DNA of 32,000 nucleotides from Candidatus Arthromitus sp. SFB-mouse-Japan (GTDB lineage Bacteria; Bacillota; Clostridia; Clostridiales; Clostridiaceae): NCBI RefSeq assembly GCF_000270205.1, contig NC_015913.1, positions 1,110,001 to 1,142,000 of the forward strand, read 5' to 3'. Shown piece by piece: positions 27,795 to 32,000 of this stretch (position 1 is its first letter; each line of letters starts with the position of its first letter). The notes under the pieces were generated by a model. It saw only the letters and a program-made list of their open reading frames with translations, ran no database searches and was not told where the DNA came from. The position numbers and the translations under genes were made by a program.

Positions 27795-30452
27795 TTAAAA
27801 CTTAGACTTAAAATTTGCAATACTTTTATCTACTTCCTCAACCATAGATTCATATTTTCTAAGCTTATCTTTCTCTTCTTTTATAACTTTTTCTGGAGCC
27901 TTACTCACAAATCCTTGATTTGATAATTTATTATTCAAACGCTCAATTTCTTTATCCAATTTATCCTTCTCTTTAGATAAACGATCAAGCTCCTTATTAA
28001 TATCAACTAAATCTAACAACGGAACATACATATTTGAAGATGATGAAACAACCGTCACTACTTTATTAGAATTTACAAGTTCTTCATCAATCTTCGAAAC
28101 AATTTCTATATCTTTTGATAAACCCAACTTTTCTATATAAATCAAAGACTCTACATAAATATCTCTAAAATTACCCTTAGGAACAATATAAAGTTTTGCC
28201 TTCTTTGACGGTGGTATATTCATTTGTGATCTTAGATTTCTTATAGCTCTAATTGATTCTATAACATAATTCATATTATCTTCAAATTCGTTAAAATTTA
28301 AATTATTATCAAATACAGGAAAATTAGACGTAGTTATAAATTCATTATCAAAATCTTTTAAATTTACATACAATTTTTCTGTTATAAAAGGCATCACTGG
28401 ATGCAATAATTTCAATGAATCTATCAAAACTCTCCTTAATACTCTCAGAGTAACTCCTTTTTGCTTCTCACTTTCACCATGTAAAATAATCTTTGATAAC
28501 TCTATATACCAATCACAAAACTCGGTCCATATAAAATCATAAATCTTAGATAATCCAACACCAAGCTCAAACCTTTCAAAATTATTTGTAACTTCATCTA
28601 CTAATGTATTTAATTTATTCAAAATCCATTTATCAGCTAAACTATATTCATTGCAATCCTTATACTTCTCAATTAATTCTTCATCCAAATTCATCATGAC
28701 AAACTTAGAAGCATTCCATATCTTGTTTGCAAAATTAGATGCAGATTCAACCTTTTCTTCGATATATCTAATATCATTTCCTGGTGAAATTCCATTTATA
28801 AGCATAAATCTTAAGGCATCTGCCCCATATTTTTCAATTACATCCATAGGATCGACTCCATTATCGAGAGACTTCGACATCTTTCTTCCTTGAGAATCTC
28901 TTATAATTCCATGTATAAATACTTTTCTAAAAGGAACTTCTCCCATATTATGTAATCCTGAAAAAATCATCCTAGCAACCCAGAAAAATATAATATCGTA
29001 TCCTGTTACTAAAGTTTCATTTGGATAAAAATACTTAAGATCTTCTGTTTCGTTCGGCCAACCCAAAATAGAAAATGGCCACAAAGCTGAACTAAACCAA
29101 GTATCTAGTACATCTTCATCTTGATAAATTTCTGTTGATGAACACTTATCACATTTATCCAAATCATCAGAAGAAACCATAACGTTATCACAATCTTTAC
29201 AATAAAAAACAGGAATTCTATGTCCCCACCAAAGCTGTCTAGAAATACACCAATCTTTAATATTTTCCATCCAATTAAAATATATCTTTTCGAATCTCTC
29301 TGGTATAAAAGAAATTTCCTTATTTTTAACACATTCTATTGCCGGCTTCGCAAGTTCCTCCATCTTAAGATACCATTGAGTAGAAATAATAGGCTCAATA
29401 ATTGTTCCACACCTATCATGACAACTCACATTATGATCATGATCTCTTATGGATAATAAGAATCCTTTCTTCTGCAAATCCTCAACTATTCTCTCACGGG
29501 CATCATATCTATACAAACCTTCATACTCAAAACCATTTTCATTTACACAGGCCTTTTCATCTAGCACTCTAATTTGTGGTAAATTATGTCTTAGACCAAC
29601 TTCATAATCATTCGGATCATGAGCTGGAGTTACTTTAACAACCCCTGTACCAAATTCCATATCTACATATGAATCTGCTATAACAGGAATTTTTCTACCA
29701 ACAAGAGGTAGAATAACATTCATTCCTATATACTTTTTATATCTAACATCATCTGGATGAACCATAACAGCAACATCTCCGAGAAGAGTTTCTGGTCTAG
29801 TAGTAGCAATTTCTAAATATCCATCTCCGATCTCTAATGGATACTTAATATGCCAAAACTTACCTTTCATTTCTTTATATTCAATTTCTGCATCAGAAAG
29901 GGCTGTTGTACACTTTGGACACCAGTTTGTAATTCTATTCCCTTGATATATGTATCCTTGATTATATAACTTTACAAAAACCTCTCTAACAGCTTTGCTC
30001 AAGTTATTATCCATTGTAAAAGCTTCTCTTGAGAAATCACAAGACGTCCCTATCGTTTCAATTTGCTTACGTATTTTTGCCCTATATTCATCTGTCCATT
30101 CCCAAACTCTATCTAAAAACTTTTCACGTCCCAAATCATATTTCTTTATTCCATTCTTTAAAAGTTCATTATCAACTCTTACTTCAGTTGCAATGCTCGC
30201 ATGGTCTTCTCCTGGAACCCATAAAGCCTCAAAGCCTTGCATCCTTTTAAAACGTATCAAAATATCTTGCAACGTTAAATCCAAAGCATGACCCAAGTGC
30301 AACTTGCCTGTTATATTTGGAGGAGGCATTGATATAACATAAGGCCTTTTATCTTCATTAACCCTAGCCCTAAACAAATCATTTTTCTGCCAAGTATCAA
30401 AAATATCTTTTTCAAACTCTACGGGACTATACTTACCTAATTCTTCTCTCAT
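27795..30452 (-). CDS. valS: Valine--tRNA ligase
   Basis: 885 aa. Class I HIGH motif (PPPNITGKLHLGHAL), KMSKS motif (GRKMSKSLDN), CP1 editing-domain region and a C-terminal coiled coil typical of ValRS. Confidence 0.95.
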   Translation of the reverse strand: MREELGKYSPVEFEKDIFDTWQKNDLFRARVNEDKRPYVISMPPPNITGKLHLGHALDLTLQDILIRFKRMQGFEALWVPGEDHASIATEVRVDNELLKNGIKKYDLGREKFLDRVWEWTDEYRAKIRKQIETIGTSCDFSREAFTMDNNLSKAVREVFVKLYNQGYIYQGNRITNWCPKCTTALSDAEIEYKEMKGKFWHIKYPLEIGDGYLEIATTRPETLLGDVAVMVHPDDVRYKKYIGMNVILPLVGRKIPVIADSYVDMEFGTGVVKVTPAHDPNDYEVGLRHNLPQIRVLDEKACVNENGFEYEGLYRYDARERIVEDLQKKGFLLSIRDHDHNVSCHDRCGTIIEPIISTQWYLKMEELAKPAIECVKNKEISFIPERFEKIYFNWMENIKDWCISRQLWWGHRIPVFYCKDCDNVMVSSDDLDKCDKCSSTEIYQDEDVLDTWFSSALWPFSILGWPNETEDLKYFYPNETLVTGYDIIFFWVARMIFSGLHNMGEVPFRKVFIHGIIRDSQGRKMSKSLDNGVDPMDVIEKYGADALRFMLINGISPGNDIRYIEEKVESASNFANKIWNASKFVMMNLDEELIEKYKDCNEYSLADKWILNKLNTLVDEVTNNFERFELGVGLSKIYDFIWTEFCDWYIELSKIILHGESEKQKGVTLRVLRRVLIDSLKLLHPVMPFITEKLYVNLKDFDNEFITTSNFPVFDNNLNFNEFEDNMNYVIESIRAIRNLRSQMNIPPSKKAKLYIVPKGNFRDIYVESLIYIEKLGLSKDIEIVSKIDEELVNSNKVVTVVSSSSNMYVPLLDLVDINKELDRLSKEKDKLDKEIERLNNKLSNQGFVSKAPEKVIKEEKDKLRKYESMVEEVDKSIANFKSKF

Positions 30453-30614
30453 TTAACCCTCCGTAAACTTCATAATTATCACTAATTTTTTTCTTCTACA
30501 TTATCAATATTTTATCACATAGTATATCATTGTCAAAAATATTTATATGTTAAACTGAATAATCAAGGTAATTTTTGGAATAATAATATTAAGTTTAACA
30601 AGAGGTGATTAATT

Positions 30615-30977
30615 TTGGATTTTTACTTTAAAAAGGCGAATGATTATTACAATAAAAAAGATTACAAGAAGGCAATCTCATTATATAAAAAATCTATTCA
30701 ACACCAAGGAAGTGAAGCATGCTCACTTTATAATTCTGCAGTTTGCTACATAAAATTAAAAGAATATGATGAGGCAATTAATTTATTAAAACAGGCTCTT
30801 GAAATAAAACTTGACCATAAGTACCTATTTAATTTGGCTTATTGTTACTCACTACTTGGTGATAATGCAAAAGCTCTTACATATTTTAATTGGTCATGGG
30901 CTATTAATAATGATGACTATGAATGCAAAAAAGCAATATCTATGATTTTAGATTCATTCGATAAAACTAAAAAATAA
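30615..30977 (+). CDS. Small TPR-repeat protein
   Basis: Three TPR-like 34-aa units (YYNKKDYKKAISLYKKSI..., YNSAVCYIKLKEYDEAINLLKQAL..., FNLAYCYSLLGDNAKALTYF). TTG start with AGAGGTGA RBS. Confidence 0.65.
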   Translation: MDFYFKKANDYYNKKDYKKAISLYKKSIQHQGSEACSLYNSAVCYIKLKEYDEAINLLKQALEIKLDHKYLFNLAYCYSLLGDNAKALTYFNWSWAINNDDYECKKAISMILDSFDKTKK

Positions 30978-30984
30978 AAATAAA

Positions 30985-31018
30985 AGGGTAGTCTTAATCC
31001 CCCAATTAAAACTACCCT
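30985..31018. terminator. Hairpin between convergent genes
   Basis: Stem agggtagt (30985-30992) / actaccct (31011-31018) with an 18-nt loop and AT-rich flanks. Confidence 0.45.
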
Positions 31019-31029
31019 ATAATTATATT

Positions 31030-32000
31030 TTAAACTGAAAATTCCCATATAACTCTTTCCCTTATGTGATCTTGTTCAAAATTATTAATATCAAAATAGT
31101 TGCCTGTCTCACCAAATGTAGTATCAACTTCAATCCAAGAATCTGATTCATCAATGTAAACCTCATTCCAAGCATGGTTTATCCAACTAGTTCCATTGTA
31201 TCCTTTACCAACCACAATACGAGTTGGCAACTGTATACTTTCTGCAAGTACAGAATAAAGGCTCGCATAGTCAAAACAAATTCCCAATTTGCTTTCAAAT
31301 GCAGAAATAGCTCCAGATAAATTACTGAAATCTTCATTTAATATATCATTTGATTTTTCCTCATCATATTCAAGCATATTTATCACATCATCATATAATT
31401 TTCTCGCCTTATCATAAGAGTTAACTAGTCCTTTCGTACTTTGTACAGCAAATTCTACAATTTCATCAGTACTTCTTGTTGCCTCATCTATCGTAACTCC
31501 ATTATACAAATACTTTATGTTATTTGACCTAATATCATTAAATGTATCTAAAATAGGATTAAAAATATTAAGCATGATCTCATTTAAATCATACTTAAAT
31601 GGAACTATAATTCTATTAGATATACTTTTATATAAGTTAGATGAATTTATAAGTTTATTAATCTTATTATTCTCTGTCAAAAACATGGAAAATGTATTAA
31701 GAGCGAAAATAAAAATTAATACAATAAGAATTGCTTTTGGAGCTTTTATAATTCCAAATACTACATATCTAAATATATTTGGAAGTTGAAATAAAAACTT
31801 ATGAGATTTAATAACCATGTTTTTAAACAATATAATATGAATACACCTACATATTAAATTATAAATCATAAATACTAAAACGAATAATCCTACCTTCAAT
31901 ATAAATCCAATCAATGTATTATCTGCACGATTTATATTAAAAACATTCAAAACCAAATAATATAATTCATAAGCAATAATATCATAAGATAAATAAACAA
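31030..32000 (-). CDS. Transglutaminase-like (Cys-His-Asp core) membrane protein; N-terminus probably beyond the window
   Basis: Catalytic-core motifs GICFDYASLY, NHAWNEVY and a downstream Asp. Several N-terminal TM helices. The reading frame stays open from TTG 31956 to the window edge, with no in-frame ATG. Confidence 0.65.
   Translation of the reverse strand, partial: VYLSYDIIAYELYYLVLNVFNINRADNTLIGFILKVGLFVLVFMIYNLICRCIHIILFKNMVIKSHKFLFQLPNIFRYVVFGIIKAPKAILIVLIFIFALNTFSMFLTENNKINKLINSSNLYKSISNRIIVPFKYDLNEIMLNIFNPILDTFNDIRSNNIKYLYNGVTIDEATRSTDEIVEFAVQSTKGLVNSYDKARKLYDDVINMLEYDEEKSNDILNEDFSNLSGAISAFESKLGICFDYASLYSVLAESIQLPTRIVVGKGYNGTSWINHAWNEVYIDESDSWIEVDTTFGETGNYFDINNFEQDHIRERVIWEFSV

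Noticed and set aside
28651-30291. Six small ORFs inside valS: plus-strand 28651-28893, 29220-29456, 29995-30291 and 30029-30250, and minus-strand alternate-frame 29105-29332
   Set aside because: All are nested in the valS coding region, which is full length with HIGH and KMSKS motifs. They are frame or antisense artefacts.
30453-30614. Expected T-box leader upstream of valS
   Set aside because: The intergenic region is only ~160 nt and is shared with the divergent TPR gene. It is almost entirely A/T. On the minus strand I found no T-box 14-mer (AGGGTGGNACCGCG-like) or specifier/antiterminator helices. valS appears to lack a T-box here, but this absence is based on reading by eye only.

Overview
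This is a very AT-rich chromosomal segment from a low-GC Firmicute with Clostridia-like gene content. My unverified guess is a host-associated, reduced-genome clostridial lineage such as segmented filamentous bacteria. Housekeeping genes present: glmS 3' end, D-2-hydroxyacid dehydrogenase, DsbA-like protein, YdcF/DUF218, class I aminotransferase, CobO-type adenosyltransferase, dapH, tandem-OB SSB-like protein, NodB deacetylase, DUF4364, beta-propeller protein, valS, TPR protein and a transglutaminase-like membrane protein. Two accessory blocks interrupt them. Block 1 (0.4-7.5 kb) holds four tandem minus-strand genes for secreted FN3-like/DUF4214 proteins with mosaic recent duplication. A fifth DUF4214 protein, fused to a class-A beta-lactamase-like hydrolase, lies at 26.2-27.65 kb. 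Block 2 (9.0-20.1 kb) holds eight genes or pseudogenes for signal-peptide-bearing, low-complexity proteins. The most striking part is a three-gene plus-strand locus (9015-11339). Its apparently disordered products carry dense eukaryotic-type linear motifs: SH2-type tyrosine motifs (exact YEEI, YENV, YQNS, ESPY, IYxxV), SH3-type PxxPxR sites, polyproline tracts and an exact thymosin-beta4/WH2 LKKTET actin-binding hexapeptide. That is a Tarp/Tir/CagA-like motif repertoire in Sec-exported Gram-positive proteins. The minus-strand arm (13271-20118) is a five-member S/T-rich family duplicated as promoter-gene-terminator cassettes, with internal tandem repeats and three decay events. I recognised no rRNA, tRNA, CRISPR, transposase or integrase. 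All calls come from reading the sequence and ORF translations; no database search was possible.
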